This document shows, one piece after another, positions 25,524 to 37,168 of a stretch of 64,000 bases of DNA. Location: positions 3,895,902 to 3,959,901 of the forward strand of contig MU053652.1 in NCBI GenBank assembly GCA_013239625.1, given 5' to 3'. Under the pieces are notes generated by a model, which saw only the letters and a list, made by a program, of their open reading frames with translations, had not been told where the DNA came from and made no database searches. This DNA is from Lama guanicoe. Taxonomy: Eukaryota. A program made the translations under genes and the position numbers. The stretch's first letter is position 1. Each line of letters starts with the position of its first letter.

Positions 25524-26399
25524 ATTTCCTGACCACATGTAAATATCCCTGGAGACAGCCCCCCAAAATGGGGGAGAGCATTCAAGAGATGCCAGGACAA
25601 GGGATTTGTGTAAGGGAAGAGTGTGTAACGAGATTAGAAACGTGACAGTGAGTTTTTTTATGCCTTTGGGGGAGAGAGAATGGAAAAGACTATTTATTAT
25701 TACTTTTTTTTTAAATTAATATTTGATATATTAAGGTTAAAAACTTTTGAAACCAATTTCTTTATGCCTTTAAGCTTCATTCACTAATCTCATCTCTTTA
25801 TATATCTAGGGAATTTTAACAGTCATCTTAACGGTCATTTCAAAGCCCTCCTCTCCCTAAACCCAAGCTCTGCTGATGCTTCCCTGTAATATATATCTCC
25901 TACTCTAAAATGTTTCCCTAGTGTCTGCCCTGCACAGGAGACTTCAAACTGTCATCAGGAGCTCATGTCCTACAGATGCTGCAGTTTGGTAGGTTAAAGC
26001 CTGGCCTCTTTATCTTCCCTCCAAGCTCCTCCTCCTCCTCCTGTGGGCCCTGTCTCAATTTGCAGTGTCTGTGAGTTACAAGGTCTTAGAATCTTTTTTT
26101 CACATGGCTTCTCAGTTCAATTTAACACATAGTTATTGGGCACCTACTATGTACCAAATGCCTTGGTGCTGGGGTCACAGTGGGAAACAGGGGCCTTGTC
26201 CTTCTTGAGAGGAGGCTGATTAATGCCACTTCAACTCAATTGGAATACACTAAACGCCTTTAAATAACTACTTCACTTACAACGTCGTTAATACATTTCC
26301 CTAAACATTTAAACAGCATTTATACACATAATATATTCACTTAGCCTTTAAATACTGTATTTAAATGCTTGATCTAACAAACAAGACCTCCTCATGTAC

Positions 26400-26560
26400 A
26401 TAATAATAATAATAACTAACTTATTACAAGCTCTTATATAAATTCATTAATTCCTGCACAACAAGCTTATGAAACAGGTACTATTATCGTACTCATATTA
26501 CAGGTGAGAAAACCAAGGCACAAAATGTTCGTGACTTGCTTTTAGATACCTAGCAAATAG
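26400..26560 (-). mobile_element. MIR SINE
   Basis: AATAATAACTAAC...CAGGTACTATTATC...ATATTACAGGTGAGAAAACCAAGGCAC. Confidence 0.7.
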
Positions 26561-26654
26561 CTATTAATCTTATAAATAACTTATAACTGTTATAAACTCA
26601 TAACTCTTATAAACCTAACATATTAAACTTATAGTGAATGTCAGATTCTCTTTT

Positions 26655-26814
26655 TCTAGGGCTTATTTTATTTTTTAATTTGTTTAAAGGTTTTTTTGGG
26701 GGGAGGTAATTAGGTTTGTTTATTTATTTATTTTTAACGGAGGTACTGGGGATTGAATCTAGGATTGACCTTGCATTTAGCATGCACTTTACCACTGAGC
26801 TATATCCTCCCCCC
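26655..26814 (-). mobile_element. tRNA-Ala-derived SINE (Vic-1-like)
   Basis: GGAGGTACTGGGGATTGAA...TACCACTGAGCTATATCCTCCCCCC; flanking direct repeat GATTCTCTTT. Confidence 0.9.
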
Positions 26815-27503
26815 GATTCTCTTTCAATATTATTTGCACATTAGTAAAAATCTCTATTACAAGTCTAAAATTAGTTATTCAGTTATATATTTTACATTGG
26901 AATTACAAGGCTAATTTGTCAGATTCTCTAATATAATACATTACCTAAATCTTACAAACATTGAAAATCCCAAATTACACAGAATACTACTAAAGTTAAC
27001 ACAAAAATGTGAATACTATGGATTTGCTTTACTTCATCATTCTCATATTTAATTCTGAACCTTCTTAGAATTAAATGACATTTTACCATCCCGAGTAAAT
27101 TGAGGTCACTGCCTCAAGCCCACTGGGCTTACCTTTGCAGGAGAATGGGAATTCCTGTCTCAGCAGGCTGGGGTTGCTTTTTGGCCAAGATGTGTCAGAG
27201 AGATTATTCTGCCACCACTGTGAACACACCAAGTCCCTTCTACGTGATGCTATGTCAACAGGGTTCTCCCAAATCCTACCTGAAAGATTAGATTCCCATG
27301 ATGCCTTACCTGGTTCTTTCCAGACCTGTTGATTAGGTTATGAGGTCTAAAAACCTGGTAACCACCCAGGTTTCTTCCCCTCTTGATTAGATCCCACTGA
27401 GACCTGTTTATTGGATGATTACGTTTGCATTCTATTCCTGTTCTTGCCCTGTCTGCCACAATCCTAAACGGATTCTGGGGTTTTCTTCATGTTAATAAAT
27501 CTA

Positions 27504-27606
27504 GATTTATTTATTTGTTTTCCCCTTAATGGAGGCACCAGGGATTGAACCCAGGACCTTATGCATGCCAAGCACACACTCTACCACTGAGCTATACCCC
27601 CTACCC
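27504..27606 (-). mobile_element. tRNA-Ala-derived SINE (Vic-1-like)
   Basis: GGGATTGAACCCAGGACCTTATGCATGCCAAGCACACACTCTACCACTGAGCTATACCCC. Confidence 0.9.
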
Positions 27607-28559
27607 ATCTAAAGGGATTCTAATGCCAAAAAAAGTTCGGTTTAGCCAGACTGTAGACAGTCCTAGTAGCCTCCTTAGGAACTGATTCTTAACTCAGTAG
27701 GCAACAGATAGCTTTTGGCAATTTTGAGCAAGGCACTATCAAGGTTGGAATAGTGTAGATTCACCAGGAACCCAAATATGAGTTGAGCCACCGGTCCCTA
27801 GAGGGCACTCAAGACTCTCCCCTTCTTCACCCTCTTTAGAGTAAAGTCAGGGTGATGAGCAAGAATTTTCACCCCACTCCATCCCTACCCCCACAAAGGA
27901 AGAAAAGCTTGGAATTGGAGAATGCGGATTAAGTTACATTTTCAGGGGTAGAACCATTAAAGGGTAAAAGGTTCGGCACAAGTGGGTGAAGTCTCTCTCA
28001 TCCTCAACATATCCTGAGTGGTAACAAGAGCTACCTTTTTGCCCAACTCAGAGCCAGGATCCTCTTTTTTCCTCCCCTACAAGGTTGCCAGGCCCTGGGA
28101 CTATTGCCCACCTATGAAGGCTTGGGACAGCTCCAGACTTTGGGTAAAGAGACTGCAGATTTATCTTTCTCTTCATTTTCTCTGTTAAAAGTGGCTTTTT
28201 GTCCCACTAGGCAGTAAGATTCAAAGACTCATATTTTGGCGTTGAAGAAAGAGAATAGACAGAGATGACTAGAGTCCAGCCTATCTTTCCTGACTTCTGC
28301 ATTGTGGTTTGAGGCCAAATACCCGGCTATTAATAAAGTTCTCTTTTGCCTGATTGTGTCATTGTTTCTTGTACATATACCTCATGGGAAGGGGAGACGG
28401 CTGGACAAGGCAGGATTTAGGCTTTCCCAGACCCCAATCAAATATCATCTCCTTATCATCTTAATATTATTCCTTGAAAGATATGCTGAACACTCCCACA
28501 GACCAGAATTAAGCTGGAGATGGCTAAAATAAATGCAAAGAAAAAGACCGATGAGGGAA

Positions 28560-29000
28560 ATCAAGGAAAATTCAACACTGGTTGGTAACTGATGAGATAT
28601 TGAAGGACTAGGAGGGCAAAACTCAGAGGTAATTCCAAGGTTTTAAGAATTAAATGGCAGAAAGAGGGTGGTGGTATTGATAGTCATCTAAAAGGACAGC
28701 TAATTTAGATGGAAAGAGGATGTGTTTGGTTTCAGACAGATTGAGTGATGGGTGGCAACAGGGAAGTCATGTGTTGTGGGAAGATTACTTTGGGCACAGT
28801 CAGCAGCATGGACTGGAGGTGGGGAGGGCAGAGGTGGAGCAATCAGGCATTAGCGCAAATGCACGAGTGGAGGTGTGGAAAAGAAGAGAGGGAAGGACTT
28901 GAGAAACACTGGGAAGAAAGCTTAATCAGGGCTTGGAGATGGATTATTTTGAGAGTGATGAGTGAGTGAGTTGTCCAATAACTCCCTAAGGCTTACCTAG
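28560..29000 (-). mobile_element. L2 fragments
   Basis: Purine-rich L2-like sequence (GGTAATTCCAAGGTTTT; TGTGTTTGGTTTCAGACAGATTGAG; AAGATTACTTTGGG). Confidence 0.55.
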
Positions 29001-29003
29001 TCA

Positions 29004-29137
29004 GGTGGGGGCATAGCTCAGTGGTAGAGTGCATGATTAGCATGCATGAGGTCCCAGGTTCAATCCCCAGTACCTCTGTTAAAAAAAACTAAAATTCAAA
29101 ATAAAACGTTGTATAGTTTGAAAAAAATGTTTAAAAA
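29004..29137 (+). mobile_element. tRNA-Ala-derived SINE (Vic-1-like)
   Basis: CATAGCTCAGTGGTAGAGTGCATGATTAGCATGCATGAGGTCCCAGGTTCAATCCCCAGTACCTC plus A tail. Confidence 0.9.
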
Positions 29138-29139
29138 CT

Positions 29140-29322
29140 TTTTACACCTTTATTGTGGTGTGATTCCTGTACAGTAAACTACACATATTTCAGATATACA
29201 ATTTGATGAATTTTGATAGATGTATACACCAATGAAACCACCACCACAGTCAAGGTAGCTAACATTCCCAGGTGCCAAAAAAAAAAAAAAAAAGATAGCT
29301 AACATTTCCATCACTCCCCAAG
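29140..29322 (-). mobile_element. Old L1M 3'-end fragment containing a micro-insertion
   Basis: TTTATTGTGGTGTGATT...ATACAATTTGATGAATTTTGATAGATGTATACACC...ACCACCACAGTCAAG. Confidence 0.75.
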
Positions 29323-29327
29323 AGGAG

Positions 29328-29786
29328 CAAATTTTGAAATCCCAGTTTATCCCTTCCCACCCCCTTTACCCCCAGGGAACTGTAAGTTTGTTCCCTAGGT
29401 CTGTGAGTCTGTTTCTGTTTTGTAGGTACGTTCATTTGCATCCTTTATTTTAGATTCCACATGTAAGTGATCTCTTACGGTATTTTTCTTTCTCTTTCTG
29501 ACTTACTTCACTTAGGATGACAATCTCCAGGCTCATTCATGTTGCTACAGATGGCATTATTGTATTCTTTTTTATGATTGAGTAGTATTCCATTATGTAT
29601 ATATCACATCTGCTTTATCCAGTCAGCTGTCGATGGACATTGGGTTCTTTCCATGTCTTGGCTACTATAAATAGTGCCACTGTGAACACTTGGGTGCATG
29701 TGTCTTTTCAAATTATATTTTCTTTCAAATTGTATTTTCCTTCGGATATATGCCCAGGAGTGGGATTGCTGGGTCATATGGTAAGT
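29328..29786 (-). mobile_element. Young L1 fragment (ORF2 end/3'UTR)
   Basis: TCTGTGAGTCTGTTTCTGTTTTGTA...TAGATTCCACATGTAAGTGAT...CCAGGAGTGGGATTGCTGGGTCATATGGTAAGT. Confidence 0.9.
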
Positions 29787-29825
29787 AAAAAAAAAATTTT
29801 TTTTAAAACTTACCTAGTAGCTTTG

Positions 29826-29947
29826 AGTGGTAGAGTGCATGTTTAACACACACGAAGTCCTGGGATCAATCCCCAGTCCCTCCTCCAAACATAAATAAAT
29901 GAATAAACCTAATACCTCCCCCTCATAAAACAAACAAAACAAGCCAA
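29826..29947 (+). mobile_element. 5'-truncated tRNA-Ala-derived SINE (Vic-1-like)
   Basis: Begins at AGTGGTAGAGTGCATG; tail ATAAACCTAATACCTCCCCC; flanked by AAAACTTACCTAGTAGCTTTG(AG) repeats. Confidence 0.9.
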
Positions 29948-29970
29948 AAAACTTACCTAGTAGCTTTGAG

Positions 29971-30119
29971 GAGGGAGGGTACAGCTCAAGTAGTAGAGCG
30001 TATGCTTAGCAGGCACGAGGTCCTGGGTTCAATCCCCAGTGCCTCCTTTAAAAATAAATACATAAAATAAAATAAGTAAATAAACCTGATTACCTCTCCC
30101 CACCAAAAATTAATTTTAA
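29971..30119 (+). mobile_element. tRNA-Ala-derived SINE (Vic-1-like)
   Basis: GGGAGGGTACAGCTCAAGTAGTAGAGCGTATGCTTAGCAGGCACGAGGTCCTGGGTTCAATCCCCAG; same flanking repeat. Confidence 0.92.
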
Positions 30120-30202
30120 AAAACTTAACCTAGTAGCTTTGGGTGTTGCTCTTTTTTAATGAGATTATTCACTCATTTCACTTATTTATTCAACAAATAC
30201 CT

Positions 30203-30938
30203 TGTAACAGTCACCTTTAAGTGTGACTTTGGGTGAGACTAGCTCAACAGATTCCCCTTTCTCTGAAAACTGCCCCCACTCACAGGACTGGCCCCCAGAA
30301 GTCATATCTATACTTCAGAACCTCCCCCTCCCCACTGCCCTCATTGCGGAGTGATGCAGACATAATTACCTGACTCATGCTGTGCCAAGTTTAGGAATTT
30401 AAAATGTTTGGCTACGAGACACAGAGACTGGAAACATGCTGGAGCTGGGTCACATGAATGATAGAGTTACAGAGAAAAAGTCCATGAACACCACTGAGGT
30501 CCCCAAGACTACAATATTCTTATTGTGCCTTCTGGGCATGGATTAGTCCAGAAGCAGGTACCTGACTAATGCTGGGCTAATCAAAGCCTTTCATGGAGAT
30601 TCTGAATTTGAAATTGAGATCTCAGTCTCTGTCTCTCTGACCTACAACTTAACTTTGGGAGCTGGAGACAGAGGTGATTTTCCACCAAATGAACTGGTAA
30701 ACAGAGACAGTAGTGAGAGGAGAGTGAGGCAGACACACAGAGAAACCAATATGAGATAGGCTTTTCCCAGGTCCCCATAGCGCTCTAGTCTCTGGTTCTC
30801 TTCCTGGGACCCATGGGATCCCTGTCCTGGGGTTTCATAATTTCCTGAGTATACTCCAAATAAATGGCCTTGTTTGCTTAAAGCCCTTTGAGTAGAGTTT
30901 CTAAGGGGCAGACCCTCCCAATCCAGAGTTCTAATGAA
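30203..30938 (+). mobile_element. Ancient MaLR/ERVL-like LTR
   Basis: TGTAACAG start; CCTGACTCATGCTGTGCCAA; CCAAATAAATGGCCTTGTTTGCTTAAAGC near the end. Subfamily uncertain. Confidence 0.5.
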
Positions 30939-30944
30939 TTTACA

Positions 30945-31730
30945 TCTGTTGTGTATAAGGCTCTGGGCAAGGCACCAGGGATCCAATATGGATCAGGCTT
31001 AGTTCTACACTCAAGGAACTTAGAGCAGTGCGGGCATGATAAACTCTGTTATCAATAACTACAACACAGGTAGGAAGAGAAAGCCCATGAGAGATGTACA
31101 AAGCAAGCTCTCTGGAGGTTTAGAGGAGTTTGGCACTTGCACGACCCCAAGAGTGAGTGCCTCCTTAAATTTTGCACTTTAGGTGCCTTGCTAGGCTCAC
31201 CCCACTCATATTGAGGATCAGGAGAACTTCATAGGGAAGTTAGTATCTGAGCTGAACCCAGGGGCAGGGAGGATTTAGACTTGGTGTCAAGGTCATATAC
31301 CTCAAGTAAAGTAACATCATAGAAAATAATCCCACGAGAGCTCACAAGGGCTGCTGTAAATTATCAGACTCTTGAGTATGACTTAAATGTCCAGAGCATG
31401 AAGGAAGAGAGGATAGTGAGAAAAAAGGAGGGATCATAGAGTCAGATTCCGCAGGACTAAGAAAATAGTGATGACTGTTAAGCTGAGAAATGACATAATC
31501 ACAGTGGTACTTAACAATATTAATTGAACAGAATAGCATGAACTAAAGGAAGGGCTGAGTTTAGGACAAACAGTGGAGGCTATTGTGTTAGTCCAGGCAG
31601 AAAGGTGAAAGTCTAAACGACTTGGCACTGGGAATAGGGAGACTGTAAGAAAAATAATATACAATACATATAACTTGGCAGTTAATTGGATGTCGGAGAC
31701 AAGGGAATAGAAATATCACAAATACTGCTA
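30945..31730 (-). mobile_element. L2 fragments with a short MER91-like piece (~31140-31205)
   Basis: TCTACACTCAAGGAACTTAGAG; GGAGGCTATTGTGTTAGTCCAGGCAGAAAGGTG; GAGTGAGTGCCTCCTTAAATTTTGCAC (MER91-like). Confidence 0.6.
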
Positions 31731-32194
31731 AGCTATGCAGCTGTAACAAAGGATGAAAAAGATTTGATGAAATGGTGTCCAAGATGCATATATGAAAAAT
31801 GCAAGGGGTAGAACTAAGTATACGGTATTTTACCATTCGTATTTTTAAAGAGGAAAAATATGTAAATGATCATGTTTGCTTACATATGCATAATATATGT
31901 ATATATCCCTAAAGGAATATGCACAAAACTTATGGCATTAGTGGCCACTGAGAGTGGAAGGGGATGGCTGGGGTCAGAAGTGGGAGATTGTCTTTTCACT
32001 GCTCATCATCAAACCTTTTGAATCTTGAACTATTTGGATGTGCTACCTAATGAAAAGAAATACTTAAAATTATTAAACAAAACCAACCCCAAAGCCCAAA
32101 GATGATGTTAAAGTATGAAGCTGGTGACAGTAGCTACATTAACAAAAATAAAGAAGACAGGAAGAGTTCATTTAAGAAAAAGAATATTCTGTTC

Positions 32195-33008
32195 CAATAA
32201 ATGCTGGAGAAGCTGTGGAGAAAAGGGAACCCTCCTACACTGTTGGTGGGAATGTAGTTTGGTGCAGCCATCATGGAAAACAGTATGGAGATTCCTTAAA
32301 AACTAAATGACTTACCCTATGATCCAACAATCCCACTCCTGGGCATATATCCAGAGGAAACTCTAATTTGAAAAGATACATGCTCCCCAATCCGATGTTC
32401 ATAACAGCACTATTTACAATAGCCGAGACGTGGAAGCAACCTAAATATCCATCAACAAATGACTGGATAAAGATGTGGCATATACGTACAATAAAATACT
32501 ACTCAGCCATAAAAAAGAATAAAATAATGCCATTGGCAGCAACATGGATCGACCTGGAGATTGTCATAGTAAGTGAAGTTAGTCAGAAAGAGAAAGAAAA
32601 ATACCATATGATATCACTTATATGTGAAATCTAAAAGTTAAAAAAAGGACACAATGAACTTATTTACAAAACAGAGACAGACTCACAGACATAGGAAACA
32701 AACTCATTGTTACCAGAGGGGAAGGGGAGTGGGGAGGGATAAATTGAGAATTCAGGATTTGAAGATAATAACTACTATATATAATATAGATAAACAACGA
32801 GGTCCTATTGTATAGCACAGGGAACTATACACAATACCTTGTAATGGCCCATAACGAAAAAGAATATGAAGAGAAATACATATACACACATGTAAGTATA
32901 CATGAATTACATATGTATAAATGAATCACTATGCTGTATACCAGAAATTAACACAACATTGTAAATCAACTATTCTTCAATACAAAGTCTCTAAACAAAA
33001 AATAAAAT
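32195..33008 (+). mobile_element. Young 5'-truncated L1
   Basis: ORF2 peptides [35 protein letters not shown] and MFITALFTIAETWKQPKYPS; same 3'UTR as 2436-3351; degenerate TSD AAAAAGAATATTCTGTT / AAAAAGAATGATGTGTT. Confidence 0.93.
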
Positions 33009-33029
33009 AAAAAGAATGATGTGTTTTGA

Positions 33030-33610
33030 CTGTGACATACTGAGAATGAGTTGCCAAATATATGTTCCTCCAGTTGGAGATGTTGAGCTAGCAATTGGAG
33101 GCGGGGAGAACTAACCGGTATGAGGTCATGAAAGACCTTTGCCAGAATAGTCTCTGTGGGATGGTGCAAGCAGAGGTCAGAATTCAAGGAGCAGCAGAAT
33201 GAAGGGGAAGTGGGAAAGCAGGAATAACTAGAGTAGACTAATCCTTAGAGGATGATGAATAACAAGGAATAATGGAGAGATTGTGGTGGCTAGTAGAGCT
33301 AAGGTCAAGGTAGAACTTATTGGAGGTGAGGAAGATTTGAATGTATTTATAGGCTTCTGGAAAGGAGCCAGTAGAAGGGGATGGGGTGGGAATTGATGGA
33401 GCAAGGGCCCTAAGGAGAAAGCACAAGTGGGGTGGGCCTGAACAGAGGTGGGGCACCTCCACATTTAAGAGAAGCTAGAGGGGAAGAGGAAGGATGAGTG
33501 AGGGCGTGGGTTTGTAGGGGGTTTGTGAGGGAGGGAGAATTCAAGTCAGTTAGTCCCTGTTCCTCTGTGAAGCAGGCAACTAAGTCATCTGCTGGAAGGG
33601 GGACCCAACA
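33030..33610 (-). mobile_element. L2 fragment
   Basis: GAGGTCATGAAAGACCTTTGCCAGAATAGTCTCTGTGGGATGGTG; TGTTCCTCTGTGAAGCAGGCAACTAAGTCATCTGCTG. Confidence 0.65.
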
Positions 33611-33890
33611 GTCAGTAGGGAGTTCGTGGAACAAGCCTCGCTTAGGGACGAGGCACCAAAGGCAGACAAGACAGCTGACACTACTGCTGAGAATCTCACA
33701 GAGTTAAGGATCCATTCAAATACAGTGGCACCAATCAACATGTCTAGTAAGCACTTTTTGTGACTTTCCATGGCAGCCCACAGACACTCGGGTGGACAAT
33801 ACATAGTTTTGTTTGCTTGTTTTGGGCCTTCTCTCTCTTTTTCTTTTTGAGTGTGAACTTAGGTTTGTTCTTAATTGTGGTAAAACACAC

Positions 33891-34277
33891 TGTGTTAGTT
33901 TGCTAGGGCTGCCATAACAAAATACCACAAACTTCTGTAGGGTTGAAGTTTGAGATCAAGGTGTTAGCAGGTTTGGTTTCTTCTGAGGTCTCTCTCTTTG
34001 GCTTGTAGAAGGCCACCTTCTCCATGTGTGTTCACCTGGTCATCTCTCTGTGTGTGTATCCACCTGGTCTCTGTCTTTCTCTGTCTCTCTATGCGTCCAA
34101 ACTTCCTCTTCCTATAAGGACACCAGTTATACTGGATTTAAGTCCCACTCTAATGACTCCATTTTAACTTAAATCCCTCTTTTAAAGGCCCTATCTCCAA
34201 GTACAGTCACATTCTGAGGTACTGGGACTTAGAATTTCAACATATGAATAGTGGGGGGCACAGTTCAGCCCATAACA
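33891..34277 (-). mobile_element. MaLR solo LTR (MLT1A/B-like)
   Basis: TGTGTTAGTTTGCTAGGGCTGCCATAACAAAATACCACA ... GGGGGCACAGTTCAGCCCATAACA. Confidence 0.9.
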
Positions 34278-34569
34278 TACATATAATATGAAACTTAACA
34301 TCTTTACATGTTTCAATGTATAGGTCAGTGTTTTGTTTTATATGTTCATTATGGCTCATGCATCTTACTTGCTTTCTATAACAAGAAGGTACCTCAGGCA
34401 AAATAAGAAGTTTCAGGCTCATTCCTGCCACAGACTAGTGATCAGCCATTCATATAAAAAGCCCAGGTTCCTTTTAGTGGGTAATGGTATTCACAGACCA
34501 TAATGTAGACATTAAGACTAATCACTGCTACTGGGTTGTCACTTTAAATGGACAGGGCTATAAAATAAG

Positions 34570-34762
34570 TTTTTTTAATTGAAGTATAGTTGATTTACAA
34601 TGTTGTGTTAATTCTGGTATACAGCACAATGATTCAGTTATACATATATATATTCCTTTTCATAATAGGTTATTGCAAGCTATTGACTAAAGTTCCCTGT
34701 GCTATAGAGCAGGACCTTGTTGTTTACCTATTTTATATACAGTAGTTTGTATCTGCTAATTT
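34570..34762 (-). mobile_element. Short young L1 3' tail
   Basis: TTTTAATTGAAGTATAGTTGATTTACAATGTTGTGTTAA...GTTCCCTGTGCTATAG...TTTGTATCTGCTAAT. Confidence 0.9.
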
Positions 34763-35259
34763 TTGAAAAGAATAAAAATGGCTTATCCTGATCTTTCTGA
34801 TTCAAGTTTAACCTTACAATTATTTGCTTAACTTTACTGATTTTATGCTCATTTCACTACTCTCTTACACTGAAAATATTGGTTTCTAATAACATTAAGT
34901 CAATTACCTATTTGCTTTAACATATAATGTATGTAAAATAGTTTCAAAGTGATTATACCAATATTATTATTTACAGTAAGTCTACTGAATAAAGTTTAAG
35001 ATTTTTTTTTGCAGTTTTGTGGGGTTTTTTGTTTTAAAAACCCACTTAGGATACAAAGTCAAAATACTATGATCTAAAGTCACTTGAAATGATTTTTTTC
35101 TCTTTATTATGACATCAACTTGATCTACTCTTGGGCTTATTCATTCTTGTTGTGTTCAAAACTGTGTATTGGCCATATGAGTGTCTGTGAACTGCTGTCA
35201 TGGGATTTTATTTACTTTTATTTTTGAATATGCAAAATATTTACATGATTCCAAAGCTG

Positions 35260-35860
35260 AAAATATAAAACGAAGTATATTTAGAGAAGTCTCACTTCCA
35301 GCCTAGTGCCTTCCACTTGCCCTCACACATGGATAACTATTTTACTAGTTTTTATTTCTTCTTCTGGTATTTCTTCTTGCAAAAAAAAAGCACAAACATA
35401 CACACAAACATTTGATTCCACACACACCCCCATTTCTTGAATAGAAGGTAACATTTTATAGTTGATGTTTAAGTAGTATATCATTTTCCATCCTTTTACT
35501 TTCAACCTATCTTGGTCTTTAAAGTATTTATTGTAAATAGCAAGTAGTTGGAACTTGCTTTTTTATCCAGTCTGGTCATCTCTATCTTTTAATTGAGGCA
35601 TTTAGACTATTTCCATTTAATGCGATTAACAACATAATTGGTTTTAAAGTTATAAACATCACAGTGCATTATCCTATTTCCTTTAACAGCAAATTATATT
35701 TATCATAAATTTTTAAATGACAGGGAAGCATATGAAAAGATACTCAACATTATTTGTCATTAGGGAAATGTATATTAAAACAATGAGATTCCACTACATA
35801 TCTATTAGAATGGCTAAAGTCCAAAAAAACTAACAACACCAACTGCTGGTGAAAATAGAG
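35260..35860. mobile_element. Cluster of old L1M fragments on both strands
   Basis: CATCCTTTTACTTTCAACCTAT (antisense ORF1/2); AAGCATATGAAAAGATACTCAACATTATTTGTCATTAGGGAAATG (sense ORF2). Confidence 0.7.
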
Positions 35861-35869
35861 GTGAAGGTG

Positions 35870-36795
35870 AGGTAGGAGAACCCAAATGTGATTGATAAAT
35901 TGCTGGTGGCTCAGTGTGGAAAAGTTTTAGAGTTAAAAACTCCAGGAGATCGAGTATTAGTGGGGCTTCCACATTTCTGTGCATTTTACCTCTACCAGGT
36001 TCTCACATTACAAATAGGAGAAAAATTCCCTCATGCTTTTTTGGGGGAGGTTGAGGGGGAACTGCCATTTTGAAATATGCTGAGAGTATTCTCTTCTCCT
36101 AACAATGTCTGCCCTCAAGAGAAACTGTTTCACCAGAGCCTAACCTGATGGGATTTTATCAAAGCCTAATTGACTGGGGGAAGGAAAGTATCCAAGTCCA
36201 GCCCCCTCTAGCCTTCCTGCCTCACCTAGAGGGGTTGGGAGGAGATTGAGAAGCACTTGTAAAGGTCACAGCCCAGGAGCCTAGGCTCCTTAAATGACTG
36301 AGACCTAGTCATAGGATTTTAGAATGCTTCCCTCCCCCCACAATCCAACCATCAGAACCTGACTCAGATATACTTGGGATGCTGGAATTACTAAACCAGG
36401 AATTTAAAATAACTATGATTATTATGCTAAGGACTCTAACAGGGAAAGTAGATAACACGTAAGAGCAAGTAGGAACAATGTAAGCAGAGAGATGAAACTT
36501 CTGAGAGTCAAAAAGAAATGCTAGAAATGAAAAACACTAACAAAAATGAATGCCTTTGATAGACTAGTTAGTAGACTGGACACAGCTGAAGAAAGAATCA
36601 GTGAGCTTGAAGATATGTCAATAGAAATTTCCAAAACTGAAATGCAAAGAGAAAAAAAGACTGAAAATAACCCAGAACAGAATATCCAAGAACTGTGGTG
36701 TAAAACACACATAATAGGAATACCAGAAGAAGAAAGAGAAAAGAAGAGAAGAAATCGTTGAAGCAATAATGACTGAGAAATCTCCAAGATTAATC
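35870..36795 (+). mobile_element. Ancient L1 5' region with ORF1 remnant
   Basis: ORF 36546-36761 NAFDRLVSRLDTAEERISELEDMSIEISKTEMQREK...QNIQELW...IIGIPEEE matches the L1 ORF1p coiled-coil/RRM start. Confidence 0.88.
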
Positions 36796-36799
36796 ATAA

Positions 36800-37168
36800 T
36801 GTATCCATTGGATCTCCTGGCCCTGCTCCAGTTACGGATAGCCTAGAAATTCTAGGGAGTTAGACCCCAGGAATAGCTCTCATCAACTAATGGATGGAAG
36901 CTGGAGGGTAACCACCCCACCTCCCTCATTCCTTAGTTGGGACCATACAAGGCATGTTCTATACTGTCCCTCAGAGTTCTTCAGTGGGATCCAGCCTCAG
37001 TGCCCACAACAGGATCAGGCTCTATCACACACCCTTTGTTGCCCCCTTTCTCTTCCCTGTCTCATTTCCCCATTTCCAACAAGGCTTCCCAGGATCACTT
37101 TGCAGATAAAAGACTTGTACAAAATCCTGGCCCACAGGATTGCTTCTAGGGGTACCCAGCCTAGAACA
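36800..37168 (+). mobile_element. ERVL LTR (LTR16-like)
   Basis: CCTCAGAGTTCTTCAGTGGGATCCAGCCTCAGTGCCCACA...GCTTCCCAGGATCACTT...TGCTTCTAGGGGTACCCAGCCTAGAACA. Confidence 0.7.

Noticed and set aside
29805..30143. CRISPR-like repeat-spacer array
   Set aside because: Mammalian DNA; the 'spacers' are 120-150-bp SINEs and the 'repeats' are target-site duplications.
36546..36761. Coiled-coil protein gene
   Set aside because: Frameshifted remnant of L1 ORF1p.
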